Below, piece after piece: positions 41,694 to 52,053 of a stretch of DNA of 64,000 nt. Within the stretch, counting starts at the first letter, position 1, and each line of letters opens with the position of its first letter. The DNA comes from an uncultured Verrucomicrobiae bacterium (GTDB lineage: Bacteria > Verrucomicrobiota > Verrucomicrobiia > Opitutales > JABDGR01). The notes beneath the pieces are model-generated. The model had not been told where the DNA came from. It made no database searches and saw only the letters and a list, made by a program, of their open reading frames with translations. Location: positions 704,001-768,000 of the forward strand of contig CAVXVB010000009.1 of NCBI GenBank assembly GCA_963765205.1, given 5' to 3'. A program made the translations under genes and the position numbers.

Positions 41694-42719
41694 TCAGCCT
41701 TTGGCGCCCCCCGCGCGCCCGGCCCACGCGGCGGCAAGGCGTTGTTTTTGGCAGCGCAGGTAATGGCGGAAATGAAACGGCCGCAGCAATTGAAAATATT
41801 TGCGGCGGCGAAACCATTTGCTGCCGGTCCGGCCGCCGGCCTTGATGTTCAGGCACCAATCCACCACCGTTTCGCAGAGCATTTTATCGGAGAACCAGCG
41901 CTCCCATTCCTGCCTCGCCCGGTCGCCCATCTCCCGGGCCCGCGGTTCCAGCCCTTCCAGCAGGACGGGTAGGTCGCGCACCCGCGCTTCCGGCACCCGG
42001 AGGGAAAAATCCGACCACGCCGGGCCGGCGGGGGCCACCCAGTCATCGGAAATGATCACCGGCGCGCGCCCCATGCGCATGGTTTCAAACAAACGAATGG
42101 ACGAGCAGCCCACCCCCCGCGGACACAGCACAAATTTGCTATCCCGCACCAGTTGCTGATAATTGCGGTTCAGGGTGTTGATGGCCTCCGTATCGCCCGC
42201 CGTGTAAGCCGCCACAGTTTGCCCGGAGGTGTCCAGAAGATGAAAACGCGGATGACTCAACTGCCGCAAGGATTGCCGGACGGGGTGGTTGCAGCACGAC
42301 CCCGCAAAGGTGAACAGCCAGGGCGCGTCCGGCGCAAAGGGTTGCCGTTCAAACCGATCCACGTTTGTAATGTGGGCATAGAGTCCGGCACACGTCCAGT
42401 GTGGATCATGCCAGCGTCGTTCGATGGAAGCATAAACCCCCGGCAGCAGAGCCAGGGGTTGGTCCACGTCGCAAAAGACGAAACACTTTTCCGGAAAACG
42501 CTGGTATAATTCACTCTGGAGGATCGCGGCCTGATACGGGGCGGGACCGCCGTCACAAAACAAAATGATGTCCGCTTGGGCAGGATGGTCCGTGCGCTGA
42601 TGTTTTTCGGTGCCGCCCAGCGTGGCGCTCAGCGCAAACAATTTATAGGATCCGCAAGCATGGCTGTTCTGCGTCGAGTTGTCCACTTGGAGGGTTTTGA
42701 GCAGGAAAGAGGCCATCAA
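41694..42719 (-). CDS. exostosin-family (GT47-like) protein
   Basis: LFTFAG, SKFVLCPRG.G.SSIRLFE.M.MGRAPVIISDDW. Confidence 0.82.
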   Translation of the reverse strand: MMASFLLKTLQVDNSTQNSHACGSYKLFALSATLGGTEKHQRTDHPAQADIILFCDGGPAPYQAAILQSELYQRFPEKCFVFCDVDQPLALLPGVYASIERRWHDPHWTCAGLYAHITNVDRFERQPFAPDAPWLFTFAGSCCNHPVRQSLRQLSHPRFHLLDTSGQTVAAYTAGDTEAINTLNRNYQQLVRDSKFVLCPRGVGCSSIRLFETMRMGRAPVIISDDWVAPAGPAWSDFSLRVPEARVRDLPVLLEGLEPRAREMGDRARQEWERWFSDKMLCETVVDWCLNIKAGGRTGSKWFRRRKYFQLLRPFHFRHYLRCQKQRLAAAWAGRAGGAKG

Positions 42720-42743
42720 TCGAATGGTTGGGGTGTTTCTGGT

Positions 42744-43526
42744 TCACGAGGCCGGCCGGCTCTTCATCCAGAACCAACTCATCAGGCAGGGCCGGCCTTC
42801 GTTCATGGTCGAAATAACTTCGCCCCGCAACCAGGGGAGGCGCGCGAGCCTGTTCTTGAAGGGAAAGTCATCGAAGGTGCGCCATTGTCCAGCCACGGCT
42901 GTCAATTGATGGGTTTGCTCAAATCTCTGCCGGAGCAATTCCGCGCAACCCGGTATATAAACGTCGTGGCTTTCAACCAGCAAATCGGCGGCGGCCAGCG
43001 CGGGGATTTTTTCCGGATCGAGCAAAACGGTTTCGTAGCCCTCGACGTCCATGACGATGAGGGTGCCGGCCCCCGCCCCGACGCTGGCGGCAAAATTTTC
43101 CAGCTCGCACCGGCCCAGCACGCACAGGCGGTCGGCGACGCCATTGACTTCCGCCAATTCGCGCAAGCGACGTTGTTGCTCCGGCAGCATTTCAAACGCA
43201 TCCACCCGCACCCGGGGATTCTGAAGCAGTATCCCGACGGCATAGTAGCCTTCCGCCGCCCCCACATTGACCACACGCTGGTAATTTCGGGTCAGAATTT
43301 CCCGCCAGGCCGGGCGCAACTCCTTTTCCCAAGTGCCGAGCAGCATGCCTGTGGGAAAGGTTTTTGGGAATTTCATGCCGGCAAAGGCGCCTTCCGCCAC
43401 GCGGCCATGGGTCCAGACATCGAGGCAAGTGCGAACAAAAAGCGTCCGCGGCGCCTTGAAGGGACGCACAAAATTGCGCACCGCCTCCGGCGTCCACCGG
43501 GCATAAAGATTTTTTAAGGAGCGCAT
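42744..43526 (-). CDS. FkbM-like SAM methyltransferase
   Basis: LGTWE.EL, NVGAAEGYY, MDVEGYE, LVESH. Confidence 0.75.
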   Translation of the reverse strand: MRSLKNLYARWTPEAVRNFVRPFKAPRTLFVRTCLDVWTHGRVAEGAFAGMKFPKTFPTGMLLGTWEKELRPAWREILTRNYQRVVNVGAAEGYYAVGILLQNPRVRVDAFEMLPEQQRRLRELAEVNGVADRLCVLGRCELENFAASVGAGAGTLIVMDVEGYETVLLDPEKIPALAAADLLVESHDVYIPGCAELLRQRFEQTHQLTAVAGQWRTFDDFPFKNRLARLPWLRGEVISTMNEGRPCLMSWFWMKSRPAS

Positions 43527-43716
43527 GGAGATTTGATAAGAGCAGTGGAAACGCCATTTTTTTTGAATCAGCAGTTTTGTCCGAGATTAATCCACGCAAG
43601 TCACCAAAATTAAAATGTCTTTTAGGCAGCCGGGATTCGACGGAGAGGATTGACCAACCGCCAGCAGGCCCGACTTCAAGATTGGGCGCGGCGCCCCTTT
43701 ATACCTTTTCGTCAGC

Positions 43717-45267
43717 TCAACGCGACGGGTCCGCCGCCGGCACCTCAAACAAATAGGCGGCCGATTCAAACCGCTCGACCGAGTCCAGCAACCGCGCGTG
43801 CCCGCGAAGATACGCCACCGCGCGCTTTCGCTCCGACACGGGTCCGATGTAAATCTCGGGTAGAATCAGCCAGAATCGTGTCCCTGGCGGCAGCGCATCG
43901 AACTGCGCCTGCTGTTGTGGCCACGGTCGGTCGAAGCCATCGGCACCCAAGACGGGTGCGATTTTCCCATAATCGTGCCAGCGATTATAAAGGTTGAAGG
44001 TCGGTGTCGAAGCGGCGTCCACTACCAACCACTTGGCCCCGCCGGGTCGCAGCGCGACTAGGCGCATCACGTCCGTAATGCCTTCGTGATTAAGGGGCCG
44101 CAGGGTGCGCAGGCCACACCAATACAGAGGCGTGGCGAACAACACCGCCGCCACCACCCACGCCACCGCGCGCGTCCCGCGAAACGCCCGCGCCAGCGCC
44201 GCCAGGCCGGCGGCCAGCAGCAGCGCAAGGCCGGGGGTGGCAAACACCAACAACCGCTCTTCCAGCGGATACAGGCGCGCCAGCGAAAATCCAGCCGCCA
44301 CCACCAGCGGCCCGGCCACCCAACCCAGCCGCGCCGACTCGACCCGCAGCCACGCCACCGTTCCCAACGCCATCACCAGCCCGCTCAAGATCGCCACCGC
44401 GCCGGAAAAACCGAGCACCTGCGCAAACACGGTTCGCGCGATGGAAGCCAGCGCCGCGAGATCCGCCGGCGACCGCACCAACACCCGCAGATATTCCTGA
44501 TTGATATCCATGTTCAGCAGTGCCGCCGTCACCGGATTGCCGCGGATGAAGGCCGCATATTGGACGCCGAACGAAACCGCCGACACCGCGAACGCCGCCG
44601 CGCCCAAGCCGGCGGCCCGCCAGCGACGGGCGCCGGCCAACACCGCGAGCGTGGTTGCGCCCACCCCGGCGAGCACAAACACGGAGCCGAAGGTAAACCA
44701 AGGCAGCACGGCGAACACCGCACCCGCCGCGGTCCACCGCACCGCATGCCAGCCGCCTTCCCGCACCCATAACACCAACACGGTCACGCCCACGGCCGCC
44801 AGCGCATCCAACTCATAGGGTTTAGCCTGGTTCGCGTAATCCGCCAGCACCGGGTTGAACGCCACGCCCACGGCCGCCCAAAAGCCCACCCAAGGATCAT
44901 GCGGGCACAATTTCCCGCACAGATAGGGCAGGAGCGCCAGCACGCTCAGACCCGCCAGCAACGACGGAAGCCGAAGCACCCAAGCCGATTCCCCCAGGAT
45001 TACGGCCAAGAACTTTAAAAGCCACAGATATCCCAGTGGGGCCGCCTGCCCCAAGTCCAGCGGCCTCAGCAATCCGGCGAAATCCCGCGTGCATACATTC
45101 CACGCCAACATCGCTTCGTCGAGCCACAGATCTTTCCCCTGAAAAAATTTCACCAACCGCAGCACCGCGCCGGCCGCCAGGATCAACCCGGTCCAGCGCG
45201 CCAGGTCCATCGTCCCACCCACGGTAACCCCCTTGCGGTTGGCCAGAGTGTGTGCGGATGCCCTCAT
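43717..45267 (-). CDS. GT-C membrane glycosyltransferase (ArnT/PMT-like); start uncertain
   Basis: LWLDEA, QAAPLGY, LRLPSL, KPY; many TM segments. Confidence 0.75.
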   Translation of the reverse strand: MRASAHTLANRKGVTVGGTMDLARWTGLILAAGAVLRLVKFFQGKDLWLDEAMLAWNVCTRDFAGLLRPLDLGQAAPLGYLWLLKFLAVILGESAWVLRLPSLLAGLSVLALLPYLCGKLCPHDPWVGFWAAVGVAFNPVLADYANQAKPYELDALAAVGVTVLVLWVREGGWHAVRWTAAGAVFAVLPWFTFGSVFVLAGVGATTLAVLAGARRWRAAGLGAAAFAVSAVSFGVQYAAFIRGNPVTAALLNMDINQEYLRVLVRSPADLAALASIARTVFAQVLGFSGAVAILSGLVMALGTVAWLRVESARLGWVAGPLVVAAGFSLARLYPLEERLLVFATPGLALLLAAGLAALARAFRGTRAVAWVVAAVLFATPLYWCGLRTLRPLNHEGITDVMRLVALRPGGAKWLVVDAASTPTFNLYNRWHDYGKIAPVLGADGFDRPWPQQQAQFDALPPGTRFWLILPEIYIGPVSERKRAVAYLRGHARLLDSVERFESAAYLFEVPAADPSR

Positions 45268-45389
45268 GAATTTTTCCTGGATGCGATTGCGGTCCAACCC
45301 AAGCACGGATCAACCATTTTTTTTGGAGTCCAGCGGGAGCCCGTCCACAGCCGAACCGGTGCCGCTTGGCCGGGGATAGGTGGAGAAGA

Positions 45390-46448
45390 TTATTGCGTGA
45401 GCCGGCGGTAAACCCATTCCGTCTCCCGGGCCGTGCGGGCCCAGCTAAATTGCGCCGCCCGGGCATAACCCGCCCGGCGCAGTTCCCCCACCAAGGTTGG
45501 TTCCCGCAAGATGCGCGTCAGCGCGGCGGCCAGCGCGGGCGCCTCCGGCTTGGCGTAGAGTGCCGCGTCGCCCCCCACCTCCGCCAAACTCCCGGCGGGT
45601 GATGAGACGACCGGCGCGCCGCACGCCATCGCTTCCAGCACCGGCAAGCCGAAGCCTTCATAAACGGAAGGCACCACACACGCCGTGGCTCCCGCGTAGG
45701 CGCGAACCAGTTCCGCATCGGTCGGGCGGGGCAGCGAAAGCACGCGCGCGGCAAATCCCCGCGTGGCGATGTCGCGCAATTCCTCTTCCGAGAACGGGGG
45801 ACCGGCACACACTAAATCCACTTCGGGATGCGCCGGGGCGAGCTGGGCGAAGGCCGCCAGGGCGGCGGAAAAGTTTTTATAGCCGGCCCGATTGCCCACG
45901 CACAGAAAATACGGCCGGCCCGGGGGCGGGGCGGGCTGGGCGCAAAAGTGGGTGGCCAGCGGCACCACCGTGATCCGCCCGGCGGGCACAGCATACAGCC
46001 GTTGCAAATCCGCCGCGGTGGCCTGGGAAATGGCGATGACCTGGTCCGCCACCGCCAGCGCCGCGCGGCGCTCCTCCAAAAGTTTTCCGGGATGGATAAA
46101 CAATTCGGGAATCAGGTCATACACCGTGTAAATCACCCGCGCGCCCCGCCGCCGCGCCGCGCCCAGCCAATGCGGGCACGGGTAGTGGGCCAGATGGATG
46201 AGCGCGGGCCGGGTGACTCGGCAAGCGCACGCGCTGAGCAGCGATCGCAGATGTTCGCGCACCCGGGCGGGCCGGAACCAGGGCACCCGCACCACGCGCA
46301 AATCCGCCGGTCGCGCCGCCCCGAGCGCCGCCACAAACGGCCCGTCAATCGTGACGCAGGTCTCCGCCAGCCCGGCGACCACATGGTGCAGGTAGCGGCC
46401 GATGCCTCCACTTCCAACCCAATTCACAAAGTAAGCGTGTTGTTTCAT
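45390..46448 (-). CDS. GT4 glycosyltransferase
   Basis: GGIGRY, TVYDLIPE, YKN, EGFGLPVLEAMACG. Confidence 0.9.
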   Translation of the reverse strand: MKQHAYFVNWVGSGGIGRYLHHVVAGLAETCVTIDGPFVAALGAARPADLRVVRVPWFRPARVREHLRSLLSACACRVTRPALIHLAHYPCPHWLGAARRRGARVIYTVYDLIPELFIHPGKLLEERRAALAVADQVIAISQATAADLQRLYAVPAGRITVVPLATHFCAQPAPPPGRPYFLCVGNRAGYKNFSAALAAFAQLAPAHPEVDLVCAGPPFSEEELRDIATRGFAARVLSLPRPTDAELVRAYAGATACVVPSVYEGFGLPVLEAMACGAPVVSSPAGSLAEVGGDAALYAKPEAPALAAALTRILREPTLVGELRRAGYARAAQFSWARTARETEWVYRRLTQ

Positions 46449-46504
46449 CGGCCCCAGCGACACAGAATTTTTTTCCGACGGGCGGTTCTTTTGAACGGGC
46501 TAGT

Positions 46505-47305
46505 TTAATCGCGTTGCAGCCACACCGCCAGGCCGACGTCCAGGCGTCTCCGCCAGGCCCGGGGTAGTTTTTGCAGAAAATCGTCCACCGCGCGCGCCGC
46601 GCCCGCGGGGATCACCCGCAACACCGGACCCAGCCGGCAGTGGCCGTTTAAGAAAAACGAGGTGTGCAACCGCAATTCGCGCACGCGCCATCCGGCGCGT
46701 TGGGCCAGCGTGGACAACTCATCCTCGTGCAGGAGAAAGATATGGTCCCCGCCATCGGGGCCGAATTGGCGCGCCTCAAACAAGGTCGGATCCGGGCAGT
46801 CGGAAAACTTCGGCAGACGATTGCGAAAATAGCCTCCGTTCGGCGTGGTGAGCACGGCATGGCCGCCGGGCCGGGCCAGCTTCGCCAGTTGCGCCAGGAA
46901 AGCGTCCGGATGCGCGACATGCTCGATAATTTCCGTGGCCAGCACCACGTCAAACGGCGCGGGGAAGGCCAGCTCGAACGCGTTGCCAGGACGGTAGGCG
47001 ACTTTTCCGCGCTCGTATTTCAGTTGGGTGTAACCCGCCAGATCCGCGCGCAAATCGTTCCAGGTGACATCGTAGCCGGCTTCCGCCAGCGCCAAAGTGA
47101 AATTGCCCTGCCCGGCGGCCACATCCAGCACGCGCGCCGGCGGTGGCATCGCGAGGCGCACCAATTCCAACGTGATCGCAAAACGACGCCGGTAGGCAAG
47201 CGTGTAACCAAGTTGGGCGCGCGAGCCACCCCATTCCAGACGGTCAAAACCGCCCGCATGTTGCCACGCTTGGGGCCAGTCGGGTTGAATGGCGGGGAGT
47301 TTCAT
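46505..47305 (-). CDS. class I SAM methyltransferase
   Basis: VLDVAAGQG, FDVVLATEIIEHV, LTTPN. Confidence 0.85.
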   Translation of the reverse strand: MKLPAIQPDWPQAWQHAGGFDRLEWGGSRAQLGYTLAYRRRFAITLELVRLAMPPPARVLDVAAGQGNFTLALAEAGYDVTWNDLRADLAGYTQLKYERGKVAYRPGNAFELAFPAPFDVVLATEIIEHVAHPDAFLAQLAKLARPGGHAVLTTPNGGYFRNRLPKFSDCPDPTLFEARQFGPDGGDHIFLLHEDELSTLAQRAGWRVRELRLHTSFFLNGHCRLGPVLRVIPAGAARAVDDFLQKLPRAWRRRLDVGLAVWLQRD

Positions 47306-48192
47306 TTGCAACCTCCGTCAGACGGATTATTATTTCGAGCGGGCGGGCGGCCCGCCAGCCACAGACGCCCACCCATTGCCGCATAAACCGCCACTTTGGC
47401 CAGTTGCCTCCAACTGCCGCGCGCGCGCCCTTGCCGCAAGAAGCGCGGCCACTCCACCAGCAATTCGCGGGTTGCCAAACGCAGGTGAACCCGGGCCTGG
47501 TCGCGGACGGAAACCCCGGGATGCAGGCGCAGATACAAATAAAACGACTCCCGGTATTGCGCCAGGGATTTTAGTCCCCGCTGCGTGCGCCACGGATGGC
47601 AAACACCCGCACCGGGCGCAAAGCCAAAACGATGCCCGGCCGCCGTCAACCGCTCGCGGAAATCCACATCCTCCATCGTGGCGAAGCGGAATCGCTCGTC
47701 AAAACCCTTCAGCGCCTGAAAAATTGCGCGGCGCACCGCCAGGTTGCACGACCACAAATAACCCCCGTGCGTGTTCACCGGCGCGGCCTCGTTCAAATAC
47801 CGCTGGGGCCGATCCGCCCGGGTCGGGCCTTCCCAGGCCGCGCAAGCGGGTTCGGCCATGATGGCGGCGGCCAGACCCGCCAGCCAGCCCGCGTCCGGCA
47901 GACAATCATCATCGGTGAAGGCCAGCCATTCAAATTTTGCGCGCGCCGCGCCGTGGTTGCGGTTGGACGCCGGCCCCCGCCGCGGCCCGGCTACCCACTG
48001 CGCCCAGGGAAATTGCGTTTGCACCAAATGGCATACCGCCGCGTCCGCGCTGTCGTCGGTCACGATCACCTCGTAATCCTGGGCCGGAAAAGTTTGCGCG
48101 CCCGGCGCCAGCCGCGCGAGGCACTCGGCCAGTTGCTCCGGCCGCGCGCACGCCGGCACCACGACTGAAAATTGGACGGGCATCGGATTCAT
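47302..48192 (-). CDS. GT2 glycosyltransferase
   Basis: SVVVP, VTDDS, RN.GA, FTDDD, GFDE.F...ED. Confidence 0.88.
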   Translation of the reverse strand: MNPMPVQFSVVVPACARPEQLAECLARLAPGAQTFPAQDYEVIVTDDSADAAVCHLVQTQFPWAQWVAGPRRGPASNRNHGAARAKFEWLAFTDDDCLPDAGWLAGLAAAIMAEPACAAWEGPTRADRPQRYLNEAAPVNTHGGYLWSCNLAVRRAIFQALKGFDERFRFATMEDVDFRERLTAAGHRFGFAPGAGVCHPWRTQRGLKSLAQYRESFYLYLRLHPGVSVRDQARVHLRLATRELLVEWPRFLRQGRARGSWRQLAKVAVYAAMGGRLWLAGRPPARNNNPSDGGCK

Positions 48193-48944
48193 GTTTTGCG
48201 CGCCGCCGGTGTCGGCGCCTCCGCGCCCCATTGGCGATACAACGACACCAGCCGCCGCGCCGCCCAGTAGCGCGGCAAAAATTTGCCCGGGTCACGCACG
48301 CAGCGCACCAGCCAGCCGAGGCGCGCGCGGTCCGCCCAGTCGGGAATCCGCGCCTGCTCGCCGGTCATAAACGCAATCGCCGCGCCCGTGCACAGGATGG
48401 TCGGCCGGTAATCCAGCCGCGCCTTCAGCCACGCGCCGAGTTTTTCCTGCGGCCCGCCGCCGACCCCGATGAAAATAAATCGCGGCCGCCGCACCCGGAT
48501 CAATTCCAGTAAAACTTCGTCCCGCACCGCCGCGGCATCGTAAAGCGGCGCGGCATACCAGGCGCTCGGGGTCGTCGCCAACCCCCGTTCGCGCGCCAAC
48601 CACTCCCGCGTGCGCGTCGCCGAGGCGGGCGACGGCGCGACCCACAGCGCCGACTCCGGCTGCGCCACCTCGGGCAATTTCAAAAATTCGTCCAAAAAGT
48701 AATACCCGGAAAGGCGCGAGAGCTTTCGCTTTTGCCGCCACTCGTCCAGCCACGCCAGCAACCCGCTGTCGAGCAGACGCACGTCGGCGGCGGCCAGCGC
48801 CGCGCGGTAGGCGCCATCCTCCGGCAGCGTCGCCAAGCCCGGCCCCGACGGCGCCACCACCAATCCGCCCGCGCGCGCCACTTGCACCGCCTCGGCCACG
48901 GTGCCCTGGAAAAAATCCAACCCCAGTATTCGCACGGCGTTCAT
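48189..48944 (-). CDS. WecB/TagA/CpsF (GT26) glycosyltransferase
   Basis: LLDSG, RLSG, GVGGGPQEKLG, TGAAI, LGWL.R. Confidence 0.85.
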   Translation of the reverse strand: MNAVRILGLDFFQGTVAEAVQVARAGGLVVAPSGPGLATLPEDGAYRAALAAADVRLLDSGLLAWLDEWRQKRKLSRLSGYYFLDEFLKLPEVAQPESALWVAPSPASATRTREWLARERGLATTPSAWYAAPLYDAAAVRDEVLLELIRVRRPRFIFIGVGGGPQEKLGAWLKARLDYRPTILCTGAAIAFMTGEQARIPDWADRARLGWLVRCVRDPGKFLPRYWAARRLVSLYRQWGAEAPTPAARKT

Positions 48945-50932
48945 GCGGGTGAAACAGGCGCGACGACACGGGCTTGAGACAATTTCGCCACCACATTTTC
49001 CGGCGGAGGTTCGGGGCGGTTCTGCGCCAAATCCAGAAAATAGGCGACCAGTTCCTTTTCAAAGCGCGGCAGGTTAAAGTAATCGCGCGCCAGTTCGGCG
49101 GAACGCGCGCCCAGGCGGGTGGCCGTCTCCGGTTCGTTCGCCAAGGTTTGCAGCGCGGTAATCCAGCCCGCCGCCTCACCGGGCGCGACATCGTAACCGA
49201 TGCCCAGCGCGGCAGGCGTCAAGTCGAGCGCGCCCGTCCGAGTCATCACCACCGGCCGCCCGCAGGCAATGGCTTCCAGCAGGTTGGTGAAGCCCGAGGC
49301 GTCGTCCGGGTCCGGCCGCAGCGGGATCAGGACCGCGCGCGCGCCGTGGTAAAGTTCGCGCAATTGCGCGTCGTCAATCGTGCTGTGCGGGTGCTGCCGG
49401 TCGCGCACGCGCCAGGTGACGTTCGCCGGCGCCTGCGCCGGCCAGTCAGCGGGGCCGAGAATCACAAACGGAAACGGCACCGCGCGGGCCGCCGCCAGCA
49501 GCACCGCGTAATCGCGCTGCGTGACCCCCGTCGCCGCAAAATAAGCGCCCGGGCCGCCGGCCGGTGGATAATACACCGTATCCGCCGACCACACCACCCG
49601 CCGCACCCGCGCCCGCGGATGCTCGCGCCGCAGCCACGCTTCAACGTGCGGCGTCAGCGCCAACCAGCCCGCGTAGGCCGCGCGCAGCGGGCGCGCCGCG
49701 GGCAGCCCCCGCAGCGACCGCCAGGAAAATGGGGCGACCGGCTTGTAAATCCACGCCACCAGCCGCGCGCGCACCCAGCCGCACCGCACCGCCAGCGGCG
49801 TGAAAACCAGTTGTCCCGCCGCCACATAGACGATGTCCCCGCCTCGCAATCGCTTCAGCACGAGCCAATCCGCGGCCAAATCCCCAAACCGGCCGCCGCT
49901 GGTTTCCGACAACCAGCGCAAAAAGCGCAGGAATGGTTGCGGGGCCTGCGAGCGCACCGGCCGCACGTCGAAGCCCGCGGCCTCCAGCGCGTCCGCGCCC
50001 CACAAATGCGCGCGCGAGACCGCTTCGCGCCGCCAGCAGCGGTCCAGCCATGGTTCGCTGTAAATGTTCACATAATGCACGACCGGCCGTTTCTGCGCGG
50101 CAGCCGCTTCCCTTTTTCGCGGCCACGCCCGTCGCGCGAGATAGTGCGGCAGGGCCAGCGACAACGGCACCGCCGCCCAATCCCCGTCGCGCACGTCGCG
50201 CACCGCGAGAACTTTGACGGCATAAACCAATCGCTTGAAATAATCCCGCCCCCAGCGCGCCTCGGGTGAAGGCACGGCGGTTTCATTCCAGCGCGCATAG
50301 CGTTCAAAGACCGTGGCCACCGTGTCCGCCGTCAGGCACTCGATGCCCAAAGCAGGGTCGAGCCACACTGCCCAGCCCGCCGCCTGCAACCGGCGGCCCA
50401 GTTCGGCGTCTTCCCCGGCGCGCATTTGCGCGTCATAATTCCCCACCGCCCGCACCGCGCTCCGCCGCACCATGCAACCGGCGGTCACATGCGTGGCCTC
50501 TTTTTGCAAAGTCGGCGTGGGCCGCGCGAACAAATGCCGGCTGCGCCAGCGCAACACGGTGTGGCCCGTGTTCGATTGCAGAAACCAGCCATGCACCGCC
50601 CCCAGGCGCGGCGTGTTCGCGAAATGCGCCAACGCGCGCGCCGCAAAATCCGGCGGCAGGCGGTTGCCCGCATCGCAGCCGAGCACAAACTCCTCCCGCG
50701 CGGTTTCCAGCGCCCGCGCCCGCGCCGCCCCGCGCCCCAAATTACCGCTCTGCCGCAGAACAATGGCGCCCGCCTCCCGCGCGATTTTCACCGAGTCATC
50801 CGTCGAGCCGTCGTCCACCACCAAAATCTCCACGGGTGGGATGGTTTGGGCGCGCAATGCCGCCAGCGCCGCGCCCAGCGTCGCCGCCTGGTTGTAAACC
50901 GGCACGTAAGCATTGTAGGATGGATTAGGCAT
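48941..50932 (-). CDS. GT2-GT4 two-domain glycosyltransferase
   Basis: N: VPVYN, VDDGSTD, GED; C: RDY, SGFTNLLEAIACG. Confidence 0.8.
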   Translation of the reverse strand: MPNPSYNAYVPVYNQAATLGAALAALRAQTIPPVEILVVDDGSTDDSVKIAREAGAIVLRQSGNLGRGAARARALETAREEFVLGCDAGNRLPPDFAARALAHFANTPRLGAVHGWFLQSNTGHTVLRWRSRHLFARPTPTLQKEATHVTAGCMVRRSAVRAVGNYDAQMRAGEDAELGRRLQAAGWAVWLDPALGIECLTADTVATVFERYARWNETAVPSPEARWGRDYFKRLVYAVKVLAVRDVRDGDWAAVPLSLALPHYLARRAWPRKREAAAAQKRPVVHYVNIYSEPWLDRCWRREAVSRAHLWGADALEAAGFDVRPVRSQAPQPFLRFLRWLSETSGGRFGDLAADWLVLKRLRGGDIVYVAAGQLVFTPLAVRCGWVRARLVAWIYKPVAPFSWRSLRGLPAARPLRAAYAGWLALTPHVEAWLRREHPRARVRRVVWSADTVYYPPAGGPGAYFAATGVTQRDYAVLLAAARAVPFPFVILGPADWPAQAPANVTWRVRDRQHPHSTIDDAQLRELYHGARAVLIPLRPDPDDASGFTNLLEAIACGRPVVMTRTGALDLTPAALGIGYDVAPGEAAGWITALQTLANEPETATRLGARSAELARDYFNLPRFEKELVAYFLDLAQNRPEPPPENVVAKLSQARVVAPVSPA

Positions 50933-50955
50933 CGCGACGCACAAATTGTTCCCGA

Positions 50956-52053
50956 TTAATCCTTGGAAGGCAACTGGCCGGCAAACCGCAGCCAGCCCAG
51001 GGTGCGTTCGACCGCCGTGGGCCAGTCCACCCCCGGTTGCCAGCCCAGGCGCGTGATCGCCGGTTCCACCGGAAACCGCCATGTGCACCGCTCCAACAAC
51101 GTTTGTTCCTCCGTGAGCGCCGCCGGTTGCGGCGCGCCGGCATCCAATCCCCGAAACATATCCGGCGCCGGCGGCTTGGGCAACGCGCCCGCCACGGCTT
51201 TTATCACGCGCTTGAGCACGCCGGGAATTTGCGGCGCGACTCGTTGCGTCGACGCATGGACGCGGAGGCGCTCCAGGCGCGCCGCCCATCCGCGCGCCGG
51301 CTGAAACGCGGGCGCTTCCGGCACGTCGTCCGGCGCGATGCCGCACGCCTCGAGCCACGGCGTGAAAAATTCCCGCCACGTTTCCGGTCGCGGGTCATTT
51401 AGCAAAAACGGCTCCCCATCCACCGGCGCCACACAGGCGCGGTCAATCGCCTGCACCAGGTTATCCACGTAAATGGGATTGATGAGGCCGCGGCCGCCGT
51501 CGAGCCAGCCAAACGTCCCCGCGCGCATCGCGCGCACCGCTGCCGTCACCCAGCGCGAACGCGGCCCCCAGACGATCCCCGGACGCAATATCACCAGTTC
51601 CACTGGGCCGTTCGCGCGGGCCTTGCGCCAGCGGCGTTCCGCCTCGGCCTTTGCGCCATTGTAGGGCAATTGCGGGCGGCGGGGCAGGGGGGTCGTTTCC
51701 GTCGTGCCCGGCGCGGGCGTCTGGCCATGCACGGCGGCGGAACTGATAAAAACCAGCCGCCGCAATCCCGCGCGCGCCGCCGCCTCGTAAACCGGCTCAA
51801 TCAAGGATAGAATGATTTTTGGGTCGCCGGTGGCCAGATGCACCAGCGTGTCGCAGCCCTCGAGCGCCTTCGCCAACGCCGCCGCGTTCGTGTAATCCGC
51901 CATCCGCCAATCGAGCGGAAAACGCGCCGTCTGCGCAAGATTCGCCGGACGGTAGAAAATCGGCCGCACCGGCGCGCCCCCGCCCAACTGGTGCAGTTCC
52001 ACCAGACGCACGCCGACAAAGCCCGAGGCTCCCAAAATGGCGATGGGTTTCAT
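50956..52053 (-). CDS. NAD-dependent epimerase/dehydratase
   Basis: GASGFVG, ISS, YNGAK, LRPGIVWGP. Confidence 0.88.
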   Translation of the reverse strand: MKPIAILGASGFVGVRLVELHQLGGGAPVRPIFYRPANLAQTARFPLDWRMADYTNAAALAKALEGCDTLVHLATGDPKIILSLIEPVYEAAARAGLRRLVFISSAAVHGQTPAPGTTETTPLPRRPQLPYNGAKAEAERRWRKARANGPVELVILRPGIVWGPRSRWVTAAVRAMRAGTFGWLDGGRGLINPIYVDNLVQAIDRACVAPVDGEPFLLNDPRPETWREFFTPWLEACGIAPDDVPEAPAFQPARGWAARLERLRVHASTQRVAPQIPGVLKRVIKAVAGALPKPPAPDMFRGLDAGAPQPAALTEEQTLLERCTWRFPVEPAITRLGWQPGVDWPTAVERTLGWLRFAGQLPSKD

